Source: a virus
Taxonomy: Duplodnaviria; Caudoviricetes
Length of the DNA stretch: 64,000 nt
IMG/VR virus record: IMGVR_UViG_3300042291_001013
Direction: 5' to 3' (one strand)
The position numbers were made by a program, and so were the translations under genes. Positions 27,283-35,599 of this stretch are shown here, one piece after another. The notes under the pieces are model-generated. The model made no database searches, was not told where the DNA came from, and saw only the letters and a program-made list of their open reading frames with translations. Every line of letters starts with the position of its first letter. Position 1 is the stretch's first letter.

Positions 27283-27636
27283 TTAGATTCGCACTCTAGT
27301 GCCGTCCCAGTCAGCCCCGGGGTCGTTGTCTTTGTAGTTTTTTACACGACTCAGCAAATCCACGTAAAATGTGTCTACTTCGCCGTTCCACTTGCCCATG
27401 AGACCTTCTATAGCATGTTCACAGTAGTTCCATTCACGTTGCTTGTAATAGTGAATGATATCATTGTGTACCTTTTTGTACGCATCTAAATTGGCAAATT
27501 CTGTCAATGGCAGTTTTTCTATCACGCAGTAGGCAGTTTTCACAGTGCCTTCTGCAACAAAACGAAATGTGTCTAGTTCTAGTACAGTGTAACTGTTGGG
27601 TATTTCTTTAAGAGCGTCGCCAAATATAATGTTCAT
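27283..27636 (-). CDS. Stand-alone paralog of the adenylate cyclase C-terminal region
   Basis: Colinear similarity to the last ~115 aa of 20495-22543. Confidence 0.75.
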   Translation of the reverse strand: MNIIFGDALKEIPNSYTVLELDTFRFVAEGTVKTAYCVIEKLPLTEFANLDAYKKVHNDIIHYYKQREWNYCEHAIEGLMGKWNGEVDTFYVDLLSRVKNYKDNDPGADWDGTRVRI

Positions 27637-27660
27637 TGTATTTCCTTTTAAATATGTATC

Positions 27661-28449
27661 ATGAGTTTTGCATTTGATTTAATTTCTGACCTACACATAG
27701 ACACCTGGGGTCAATTTAGCTGGGAAAATCGCGCCACCTCTCCGGTGTGTATTGTGGCTGGCGACTTGGCTAGAGACCGAGACACAGTTACTCGTGCTCT
27801 GAGACACCTGGGCAAAATGTATCAGGCTGTGTTCTACATTGACGGCAACGATGAGCATACTGACTACAGAGAAAATCTTGGGGAAAGTTACCTAGATCTT
27901 GCTCGACGCATAGAACGCATACCCAACGTGGTATACTTACAAGACAATGTGGTAGTAGTTGACGGCATAGCAATTCTGGGCACCAACGGCTGGTGGGGCT
28001 TTGATTTTGATCTTACTATTGACAGTGAAGAAAGCCAGGACTGGTATGCTGACAAAGAGAACCTTAGTCCTGTAGCAATTTCCAGCATACGCAAAATGGG
28101 CAACACTGACGCCACTTACATGCTCAGCAGTGTGAAAAGATTACAAACACATCATGACGTCAAAAAGATTGTAATGGTCACACACACTGTGCCTGACCCA
28201 TCTTTAATCGAACACGACATTGACTTGGAAAATACTCCTAGATTCAATACCATGGGCAATCGTTACATGATGCAGGCTCTGGCGGCTGACACTGAAAACA
28301 AAATTGATACCTGGTGTTTTGGCCATTATCATGGATCAGTGGATCAAACCCGTTCAGGTATTCGATTTGTAAACAACTGTCGTGGACGAGCCGGTACACG
28401 GTTTGTGCAACATGTGTACCATCCCCGACGTATTGTTATTGACCTTTAG
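27661..28449 (+). CDS. Calcineurin-like metallophosphoesterase
   Basis: SDLH, AGD, DGNDEH, VTHT, FGHYH. Confidence 0.88.
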   Translation: MSFAFDLISDLHIDTWGQFSWENRATSPVCIVAGDLARDRDTVTRALRHLGKMYQAVFYIDGNDEHTDYRENLGESYLDLARRIERIPNVVYLQDNVVVVDGIAILGTNGWWGFDFDLTIDSEESQDWYADKENLSPVAISSIRKMGNTDATYMLSSVKRLQTHHDVKKIVMVTHTVPDPSLIEHDIDLENTPRFNTMGNRYMMQALAADTENKIDTWCFGHYHGSVDQTRSGIRFVNNCRGRAGTRFVQHVYHPRRIVIDL

Positions 28450-28757
28450 GTCATTGATTCCGGCTCAAGTTTGATCTGCAAGGGATAACTTTGAGCACGT
28501 GCCAGCATGGTAACTTCTACACCTTTTTGTTCGGCAACTTCATAAGGAAGAACTGCCACAATTGCTGATCCTGCTTCATGAATATCCACAGTGATCTGTT
28601 CCGCGGTGTCTGCTGTGTAATCAAAGTAGTTGATCAAGGTTTCAACCACAAACTCCATGGTGGTCTGATTGTCGTTGAGATATACTACACGAAACAATGG
28701 TGGTTCTTTGACAGCTTCTAATGGTTTGATACGTGTGCGTGTTTCGCTTTGTGGCAT
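28446..28757 (-). CDS. clpS: Clp protease adaptor ClpS
   Basis: VVYLNDNQTTMEFVV, IHEAGSA, EVAEQK. Confidence 0.9.
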   Translation of the reverse strand: MPQSETRTRIKPLEAVKEPPLFRVVYLNDNQTTMEFVVETLINYFDYTADTAEQITVDIHEAGSAIVAVLPYEVAEQKGVEVTMLARAQSYPLQIKLEPESMT

Positions 28758-28816
28758 TTCAGTTCCTTGTTGGCAGTGGCAAGCACCGCGCTTGCCACTT
28801 TATTTACACTATTATA

Positions 28817-29269
28817 TTAGGAAGTGTAGGTGATAGCAATGGTCTTTGGCTTGGCATCTTCGGGCACTTCACGCTTTAGGTGAACGCTTAGAATACCAAG
28901 TTCAAGGTGAGCATGGCTGATCTCCACATGATCCGCAAGTTGAAATTCCCTACGGAAATCTCTATTGCTGATACCTTTGTGCAAATAGGTTGGCACAATC
29001 TTTTCGCTGTCGGCTTGATATTCTTTGCCTTCAATAATCAAGAACTTTTTGTCCTTGGTAACTGAAAGATTATCAAGCCCAAAGCCGGCCACAGCCAAAC
29101 TGATCATGTACTCATCTTCATTGATTTGTACAATGTTGTAGGGTGGATAGTTTGTGCTGGATTGTTGAGCACTCACACGCATGAGTTCATCAAACATGTT
29201 ATCAAAACCGATACCAAATTTGTGAATTGCGGGAATGTCGAACGAGCGAAGGGTGAGAGTTTTTGTCAT
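28817..29269 (-). CDS. Small heat-shock protein (Hsp20/IbpA family)
   Basis: GIGFD, NYPPYNI, LAVAGF, YLHKGISNRDFRREF, GILSVHL. Confidence 0.96.
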   Translation of the reverse strand: MTKTLTLRSFDIPAIHKFGIGFDNMFDELMRVSAQQSSTNYPPYNIVQINEDEYMISLAVAGFGLDNLSVTKDKKFLIIEGKEYQADSEKIVPTYLHKGISNRDFRREFQLADHVEISHAHLELGILSVHLKREVPEDAKPKTIAITYTS

Positions 29270-29276
29270 TTGTTTT

Positions 29277-29294
29277 CTCCTTTATATAAGCAAG
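29277..29294 (-). promoter_or_regulatory. ROSE RNA thermometer hairpin
   Basis: CUU(G)CUU-AUAUA-AAGGAG: canonical U(U/C)GCU motif pairing with the SD of an sHsp gene. Confidence 0.75.
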
Positions 29295-29380
29295 ATGACT
29301 TGTGATGTAGCCCCACTATGGGCACTACAATGTTATTTATTATACGAGATTTCTTTTAGAACAAAACCAAATTGAGCAAA

Positions 29381-29605
29381 TCAATACAGTTTTCGGGGTA
29401 GACTCTGTGCGTCCAATTTCTTTTGCCAGCGATTCTTTGCGGCTGACTTTTTGCGTTTGCGCTCGGTTGTGGGTTTTTCGTAAAATTCTTTGGCACGGAC
29501 GTCATCCAGTATGCCTGAGGCCTGTATCTTTTTCTTGAATTTACGCAGTGCTTTGTCTACATTGCCATCTTGTACCAGTACGGATCTACCTCTTAATTTA
29601 ACCAT
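29381..29605 (-). CDS. rpsU: 30S ribosomal protein bS21
   Basis: [15 protein letters not shown]...[16 protein letters not shown]. Confidence 0.92.
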   Translation of the reverse strand: MVKLRGRSVLVQDGNVDKALRKFKKKIQASGILDDVRAKEFYEKPTTERKRKKSAAKNRWQKKLDAQSLPRKLY

Positions 29606-30800
29606 TGCTTTCTTTTAGTTCCTTTGGTGTATTTACTTGATCTGCATCAATATTCACCACTTGGATACCTTGCTTGCGATATCGCGACAAGTAAAACATA
29701 TGGGGCAATAACACACGTTCCAGTTCACTGTGCAAGCCACGAGCACCAGTTTTGTTTTTTATTGTGCGTTCGGCAATGAGTTCCAGGCTTTCGGGGCTGA
29801 ATTTCAATTCCACTTGATCACGTTCAAATAACCAGTTGTACTGACTGATGTAGCTGTGCTTGACGTCTTGCAGGATTCTCAGCAGATCTTTCTTGGTGAG
29901 CTCTTGCAAGGCAACCCAGCTGGGGAAACGACCCACAAATTCAGGGATCATTCCAAAGCGGATAAGATCTTCTGGGTTGGTTAGATCAAGATTGGCTGTG
30001 GTATCTGACGACACCTGTGCACCAAATCCAATGCTGGTACCTTTAACACGATTTTTAACAATGTTGTCCAAGCCCACAAATGCGCCGCCAGCAATAAACA
30101 AGATGTTGGTGGTATCAATCTCAATCATGTCTCCCGAAGGATGCTTGCGATTGCCTGTGGGAGTGACCCTGCACTTGGTGCCTTCTACTAGTTTAAGTAG
30201 CGCCTGCTGTACACCTTCGCCCGACACATCTCGTGTGATACTGGCACTCTCACTACGACGACTGATCTTGTCAATTTCGTCAATAAACACAATACCACGT
30301 TGAGTTTTTTCTACATCGCCTCCGGAAGCCGCAAACAGTCTACTGATCAAACTTTCTACATCATCGCCCACATAACCAGCTTCAGTAAGACTAGTGGCAT
30401 CAGCAATAACAAACGGCACATCTAGATAACGTGCTATGCTACGTGCCAACAGGGTTTTGCCTGAGCCTGTGGGGCCAAGCATGAGAATGTTGGTCTTTTC
30501 AATTTCAATTTCAGGGTTGGGATTGGCAATGCGTTTGTAGTGATTGACCACGGCCACACTGAGCACCTGCTTGGCAACATCTTGCCCAATTACATATTGA
30601 TCTAGATGTCGTTTGATTTCTTCTGGGTCCAGGGTTGCATTGACTTCAGGTTTGACTGGTAGGTCTTTTTGCAGTAGATCTTGACAAAGATCCACGCACT
30701 CGTTGCAGATGCTGACAGAATCGCCAACAATTAGTTTGGCCACAGCATCTTTGTGTTTGCCACAAAAACTGCAGGTATCAATGTTTTCATTTGTTTTCAT
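29598..30800 (-). CDS. clpX: ATP-dependent Clp protease ATP-binding subunit ClpX
   Basis: CSFC..CNEC Zn domain, [18 protein letters not shown] loop, IGF loop, GARGL. Confidence 0.97.
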   Translation of the reverse strand: MKTNENIDTCSFCGKHKDAVAKLIVGDSVSICNECVDLCQDLLQKDLPVKPEVNATLDPEEIKRHLDQYVIGQDVAKQVLSVAVVNHYKRIANPNPEIEIEKTNILMLGPTGSGKTLLARSIARYLDVPFVIADATSLTEAGYVGDDVESLISRLFAASGGDVEKTQRGIVFIDEIDKISRRSESASITRDVSGEGVQQALLKLVEGTKCRVTPTGNRKHPSGDMIEIDTTNILFIAGGAFVGLDNIVKNRVKGTSIGFGAQVSSDTTANLDLTNPEDLIRFGMIPEFVGRFPSWVALQELTKKDLLRILQDVKHSYISQYNWLFERDQVELKFSPESLELIAERTIKNKTGARGLHSELERVLLPHMFYLSRYRKQGIQVVNIDADQVNTPKELKESNG

Positions 30801-32286
30801 TATGGGAATTGGTTTGTTGTAAACGTTCGGCCACTTGTTCGCGTTCAGCATTGGTCAGCAGATCAGTATCATACTCGCCACTGCCAATACGTTCAATCAA
30901 GTGATCAATATAGGCTTCATCGTAAGTATAGCTGTCTGTGTGATTTTTGTCAACTTCAATCCAGTCATTACCGTTGTACTTATAGACTCTGCTGGGCAGG
31001 TGATCAACTCTTACAAAGGTGTCACCACGACCAGGATTGGGAGGGAAAGTAGTACCAAATCCTGTGTTGGTTGATTCTGGCAATTCATTATCGGCTATTA
31101 ATTCCATCCAGGGTAGTTTTGTAATTTTACCTTGGCTCAGCAACTGTCGTTGATGCTTGAGTGTGTCATCAGGATTTTGTTCTTTCCAGGTTTGTTTGGC
31201 AGCCTTGACACGTGGATCTTCTTCAGCTTCTTCTAGAGCTTCAATTTCCTGGTCAGTAAAAGGGCGTATTTCCACGCCTGGGGGTTCGGCCACAATGTTC
31301 ATGGCAGCGTCATCGTCACTGACCTTGGCAACCATGGGTTTACTGAACATCCAACTTTCGGGATACTGGAACCCTTGCGTTAGATAAGGGTGTGTGCTGG
31401 GATGGTGCTGTGGTGGATCTTTGGACAAATCTTTGTTTGCTAGATCTTGGATTTGTTCAAGTTGTTCGTCAGTTAATGGGCCATCGTCGGGTTCATACTT
31501 GGGCTCGTCATGTACAAAGCCTCCGGTGCCTTGTCGTGCCCATTCAAACTGTTTGTTGGCGGCCAGGATCAGTGTGAGAGCAAGAGGATCAAATACCAGC
31601 ACAATCATTATGATCATCCAACGCACTGCACGTTCTAGTAGATTGTCGTCGGGATTGTCCCCGTACAACAAAGCCGCAATGTATTTTATTGGTCCAACCT
31701 CGGCTTCAACCTTGCGTACCTCGGCGGCAATAGGCGCACGGGCATCGTTAAGTTCCGCAATAGACTTTTGCGACTGTGATATTTCAGCTTGAAGGCGACC
31801 ACGCTCTTTCTGCTGGGTTCTTCGCATAGCCACAGCTTTTTCGGCACCCGTTTCTGTTGTTGAGCGGCCCAGTACTTGGTCCACTCCTTCATCCATCTGT
31901 TTAAGTGCCTTACGGTTTGCTTCAATATTCTCTTTCTCGGTCTTGATCTTTTCATCATATATTGCTATTTTACTTGTAACATCACCGCTGACTAAACTTT
32001 GATCACTGTGTGCTTTTGACAGGTATCCAAAGATACCCATACTGGTCAGTATCATGAGAAACGCCACGGCCGGTATGAGATACACCTTAAAGGCCCAACC
32101 AGCACGTTTCCAGTTGTTGTGCAACCATACTGTGGCTGCAATCTTGCCTAGTTCTAGGCTACCGCCCATGATGATAACCGGAATAGTGGCCGCACTAAAG
32201 ATGGCCACCAATCCGGCTACTGAGTAATAAGCAGCCACCATGCTTAACAACAATGCGGTGGCGAGAATAGCAAATCCAAATATCAT
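30787..32286 (-). CDS. Multi-TM and coiled-coil late protein
   Basis: Four N-terminal TMs, coiled coil, TM, acidic C-terminus; TAAATA 7 nt upstream. Confidence 0.7.
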   Translation of the reverse strand: MIFGFAILATALLLSMVAAYYSVAGLVAIFSAATIPVIIMGGSLELGKIAATVWLHNNWKRAGWAFKVYLIPAVAFLMILTSMGIFGYLSKAHSDQSLVSGDVTSKIAIYDEKIKTEKENIEANRKALKQMDEGVDQVLGRSTTETGAEKAVAMRRTQQKERGRLQAEISQSQKSIAELNDARAPIAAEVRKVEAEVGPIKYIAALLYGDNPDDNLLERAVRWMIIMIVLVFDPLALTLILAANKQFEWARQGTGGFVHDEPKYEPDDGPLTDEQLEQIQDLANKDLSKDPPQHHPSTHPYLTQGFQYPESWMFSKPMVAKVSDDDAAMNIVAEPPGVEIRPFTDQEIEALEEAEEDPRVKAAKQTWKEQNPDDTLKHQRQLLSQGKITKLPWMELIADNELPESTNTGFGTTFPPNPGRGDTFVRVDHLPSRVYKYNGNDWIEVDKNHTDSYTYDEAYIDHLIERIGSGEYDTDLLTNAEREQVAERLQQTNSHNENK

Positions 32287-32292
32287 AGAATA

Positions 32293-32604
32293 TTATTTAT
32301 TTTGTGTTTTTAATACCCTTACTGCTAGTTTAACGGCGCACCAGGTAGCAAACTTTTCTTCAGGTACATCAAACCACACAGTCTCGGCTTTTTGAGTATA
32401 CTTGTGTCGTTCCAAACGACGTTTGACATGGCTTTGACTGCGCCAGTCTTTATTATACAGTGTTCGAGCTTCACGCATCACAGTGTACCACTGTTGAGCG
32501 TTGTCAAACTCAAACCAAATACGGTGCATGACCAAAGGCGTTAATTCAAGCGAGTCAATTGATTCAGGCATGCTCAACGCAGAGGCCTCGATGTTGACAG
32601 TCAT
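32293..32604 (-). CDS. Hypothetical protein
   Basis: Start MTVNIE with SD GAAAGG. Confidence 0.65.
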   Translation of the reverse strand: MTVNIEASALSMPESIDSLELTPLVMHRIWFEFDNAQQWYTVMREARTLYNKDWRSQSHVKRRLERHKYTQKAETVWFDVPEEKFATWCAVKLAVRVLKTQNK

Positions 32605-32795
32605 TACTAACCTTTCTAGATTTATCCTCTTGGCATACCCCCGGGGTACCAGCCCAGGTTTTAGCCTATTGCTAGGCCGAGGTCCTTGTCGCAACCTACG
32701 GGATTTATGTTTATTGTGCCACGGAGCCAGACAGGCCTAGGTTATCGATTCACCCCGCCCGGCCTTTAAACGACCCAATCTCTTTGATCATGCAC
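32605..32795 (-). ncRNA. Candidate structured RNA / long 5' leader (unclassified)
   Basis: GC-rich non-coding stretch with several stems, including GCCUA-GCAA-UAGGC, behind a perfect promoter. Confidence 0.4.
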
Positions 32796-32799
32796 TGTA

Positions 32800-32828
32800 A
32801 TTATAGCAGTGGAGACTGGAGTTGTCAA
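32800..32828 (-). promoter_or_regulatory. Consensus sigma70 promoter
   Basis: TTGACA-17-TATAAT. Confidence 0.88.
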
Positions 32829-32852
32829 TAACTTGTTTTGCCGTCTTGGGGG

Positions 32853-33263
32853 TTATTCACCGTTCCAGCTTTCGCCAGTGTCAGTGTTTGTGAGCTCTAA
32901 AGGACCATAGAAGTGATACTCAGTATCGTCGCATGACCAGCCCAGGCCTTCCAGGCCATCAAAATAGTCTTCTTCCCAGGCGGCTTCAAGCTCTTGTTGT
33001 TCTTGTTTGGTCATGTCATCGGGATAAGTCCAATCCGCCCAGCACCCATCATCAAGACTGTCCAGTTCCCAGTCATAGTCAGTAAAGCCAAGCTCGTATC
33101 CGTCGGGATTTTTAAGATCAACGTCGGGACGATCTTCGCTTTCGCAATAGAATGCGCCCCAACGATAGCCTTCTTCACGAATGACTGTGCGCCCATCCTT
33201 GGTCCAAAATTGTCGTTCAACAGCGTTCTTTTTTTGGTAAGCTGACAGTTTCCAAGTAGCCAT
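32853..33263 (-). CDS. Acidic hypothetical protein
   Basis: ORF track. Confidence 0.75.
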   Translation of the reverse strand: MATWKLSAYQKKNAVERQFWTKDGRTVIREEGYRWGAFYCESEDRPDVDLKNPDGYELGFTDYDWELDSLDDGCWADWTYPDDMTKQEQQELEAAWEEDYFDGLEGLGWSCDDTEYHFYGPLELTNTDTGESWNGE

Positions 33264-33265
33264 TT

Positions 33266-33949
33266 TTAATCTTTCTTGATGCCAAACAACTGTAACAAGT
33301 TGATAAACAGATTGATAAAGTCCATGTACAGTGTAAGTGCTCCGATAACTTCTTCTCGTCCGGTATCACTGTCTACACTAACTGCTTCGCGAATCTTTTG
33401 CGTATCGTATGCAGTTAATCCTAGAAAGATAATGATAGCTAACGCACTGATAACCATTTGCATAACAGTTGAGCCAATAAAGATGTTCACAACACTGGCA
33501 ATGATAATGGCAATCAGACCAATCATCATGAACTGTCCCATGCTGTCTAGACTGCGTTTGGTAAAGTATCCGTAAAAGCTCATGGTACCAAACAAGATGG
33601 CCGCACCCATGAACGCACTCACAATCGACCCCATGGTGAACACAGCAAATATTGTTGCCATGCTCAGACCCATTAACGCCGCAAAGCCATATAGGAACAA
33701 CTGTAGTTGACTCTTGTTGAAGTTTTCACTGGCAAACGCAAAGGCCAAGATTGCCAACAAGGGTGCAAAAATCACAATCCACTTGGTGACGCCTGTGAAA
33801 AAGAACTGTAGCAACTCTGGGCTGGTGCCCACAAAGTAGCTCACAATCATTGATACAACAACTGCCAGACTCATGTGTCCATACACACGGCCCATGGCTG
33901 AGTTAACTTGCTCTGCTGAGCGATAGGTGTTTAAAGTTTCGGTATACAT
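33266..33949 (-). CDS. Bax inhibitor-1 / YccA family membrane protein
   Basis: 7 TM; LTAYDTQKI, ALTLYMDFINLF. Confidence 0.92.
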   Translation of the reverse strand: MYTETLNTYRSAEQVNSAMGRVYGHMSLAVVVSMIVSYFVGTSPELLQFFFTGVTKWIVIFAPLLAILAFAFASENFNKSQLQLFLYGFAALMGLSMATIFAVFTMGSIVSAFMGAAILFGTMSFYGYFTKRSLDSMGQFMMIGLIAIIIASVVNIFIGSTVMQMVISALAIIIFLGLTAYDTQKIREAVSVDSDTGREEVIGALTLYMDFINLFINLLQLFGIKKD

Positions 33950-33953
33950 TATA

Positions 33954-34274
33954 TTAGTCATCCTTTTCCATAGAAAGCACTTCACGTACCAAGCCTACTA
34001 ATTCGTCTTCGGTGCCGCACATGATCTTGGCAGTTTTGTAGTCATTTTCTTCATCACGACCACTGACTTCGATCATGTATCCGTTGTCATAACGATAGAT
34101 GGTAAACGATTCGCTAACCTTAGTTAGCTTGTCGTTAAATTTATTTACACTAGCAGTTTTGGCTTTGGCCATGGGGTTCTCCTTTGAAAATTCAATACTG
34201 ATTTCGTCTAGCTGACGAATAAGCTCTTGTTCAGAGAGCTCTACTATGTTGTCTATTTGCTTTTTACGCGGCAT
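33954..34274 (-). CDS. Hypothetical protein (strong internal start at 34172)
   Basis: SD AAGGAG precedes MAKAK. Confidence 0.7.
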   Translation of the reverse strand: MPRKKQIDNIVELSEQELIRQLDEISIEFSKENPMAKAKTASVNKFNDKLTKVSESFTIYRYDNGYMIEVSGRDEENDYKTAKIMCGTEDELVGLVREVLSMEKDD

Positions 34275-34731
34275 TTGATTCCTTTTGTTTGGTCAATTCA
34301 CACACCATCAAAAACTTCTCGTAAGCATCACGCACACTTTCGTGTCTCATTAATTTATCTGCTTCGTCTTGCAGTGCTTTTAAGCCTGCGTCAGCAATAT
34401 CTCGAGCACAGTCAATCTGCAGGGTAGTTAGTCCTGTACCAAACTCTCGAGCCAATTTGTTCCAAGCTCGACGTTGACCTTCTGTGATAGGTGTTGATTG
34501 TGGACGTAGTTCGCTGGCTTTACGAATAGCATCGCACATGGCATCTTCGGCCACACGCCCAGCCGCAATCAACGCGGCATGGTTAGGTTCCACGTTAAAC
34601 CTACGGCTGGAGCCTCCCGGGTAACAGAGGACCAAGTGGGCACCTCGAGGGAAACTATCCAAAAGGTCATTATCATACTCAGCCACAGGCATATACCGAC
34701 GTCCAATTTTTTCATAGTAAATTTTCTTCAT
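34264..34731 (-). CDS. Hypothetical protein
   Basis: ORF track, packed operon. Confidence 0.75.
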   Translation of the reverse strand: MKKIYYEKIGRRYMPVAEYDNDLLDSFPRGAHLVLCYPGGSSRRFNVEPNHAALIAAGRVAEDAMCDAIRKASELRPQSTPITEGQRRAWNKLAREFGTGLTTLQIDCARDIADAGLKALQDEADKLMRHESVRDAYEKFLMVCELTKQKESNAA

Positions 34732-34948
34732 TTGTTTTTCCCAAGGTCATGGGTGCATGGTCAAGTGTTGCACCCATTTCGTCTTTGTACAAAAATGCAT
34801 CTTCGTCATCGATTACCACAGTTAAGTCACAGTGACGCAAATCATAGTCTGTGAAGTTGTGATCCGCATCGTACACCCGAAAGAAGTAAGAGCCGCCAAA
34901 ACTTTCAATAATGTGACCGCGTAGGCCTTTTGCTGGTTTAGGTGTCAT
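34712..34948 (-). CDS. Hypothetical protein
   Basis: ORF track. Confidence 0.7.
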   Translation of the reverse strand: MTPKPAKGLRGHIIESFGGSYFFRVYDADHNFTDYDLRHCDLTVVIDDEDAFLYKDEMGATLDHAPMTLGKTNEENLL

Positions 34949-35175
34949 CCGCCAAAATACTTTATAACTGTGTTCAATGCTTCAACCATGCGAGTGTTGA
35001 TTTCCACATCCTCGGGGTGCATCCACTTACCGCCAGGATTGGTATCTGTGCGCGGGTCCTTTTTCCACTCACTCAGCTCTTTCTTGAGATAGCTTCTTTG
35101 CTCTTTGAGATTGAGCACAGTGATTCGGTCAGCGGCTTCGCCGTCCAGGGTAATAGGTCCTACTCGGTTACTCAT
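34945..35175 (-). CDS. Hypothetical protein
   Basis: ORF track. Confidence 0.7.
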   Translation of the reverse strand: MSNRVGPITLDGEAADRITVLNLKEQRSYLKKELSEWKKDPRTDTNPGGKWMHPEDVEINTRMVEALNTVIKYFGG

Positions 35176-35599
35176 TATGTGCTTTCAAGGGTGTGCCTTT
35201 GAGGCCAGAAATCATTTGGAATTTGTCCCAAGCGTCTTTAACTGTTGGAGAGTTTTCTAACTCGTCGTCGGCTACTATTGTTTCAAGCCAGTAGTAGGGC
35301 AGTCGGGAAGGCCGTGCGCCAAACTTACGGGGCTGGTGCAGTTTGCCGCTGTCATAGAGTTTAATACTAACGTCTCGAAACTTGGCTTCGTCTTCAACAG
35401 GATAGTCCATCCATTCTGGGTTACTAAAGGGATTGCCAAAAGTTTGGCCGCCGCCGTATCCAGACCAGATACCGGCCCACTGCTCGTCATCACGTGGGTC
35501 AAAATCTGTACGAGTGATTAACACTAGCACATCATTGATGTCTACCTTGCTATCCACAATGTCTCTAATGCAACGGCTGTAACTGAGTCCAACTTTCAT
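35168..35599 (-). CDS. Hypothetical protein
   Basis: ORF track. Confidence 0.75.
   Translation of the reverse strand: MKVGLSYSRCIRDIVDSKVDINDVLVLITRTDFDPRDDEQWAGIWSGYGGGQTFGNPFSNPEWMDYPVEDEAKFRDVSIKLYDSGKLHQPRKFGARPSRLPYYWLETIVADDELENSPTVKDAWDKFQMISGLKGTPLKAHNE

Noticed and set aside
32605-32795. tRNA, 6S RNA, ZTP riboswitch or hammerhead assignment
   Set aside because: Only short chance matches (GGGUCG, CCUGGGC, CUAAAAC); core consensus elements are missing, so it was left unclassified
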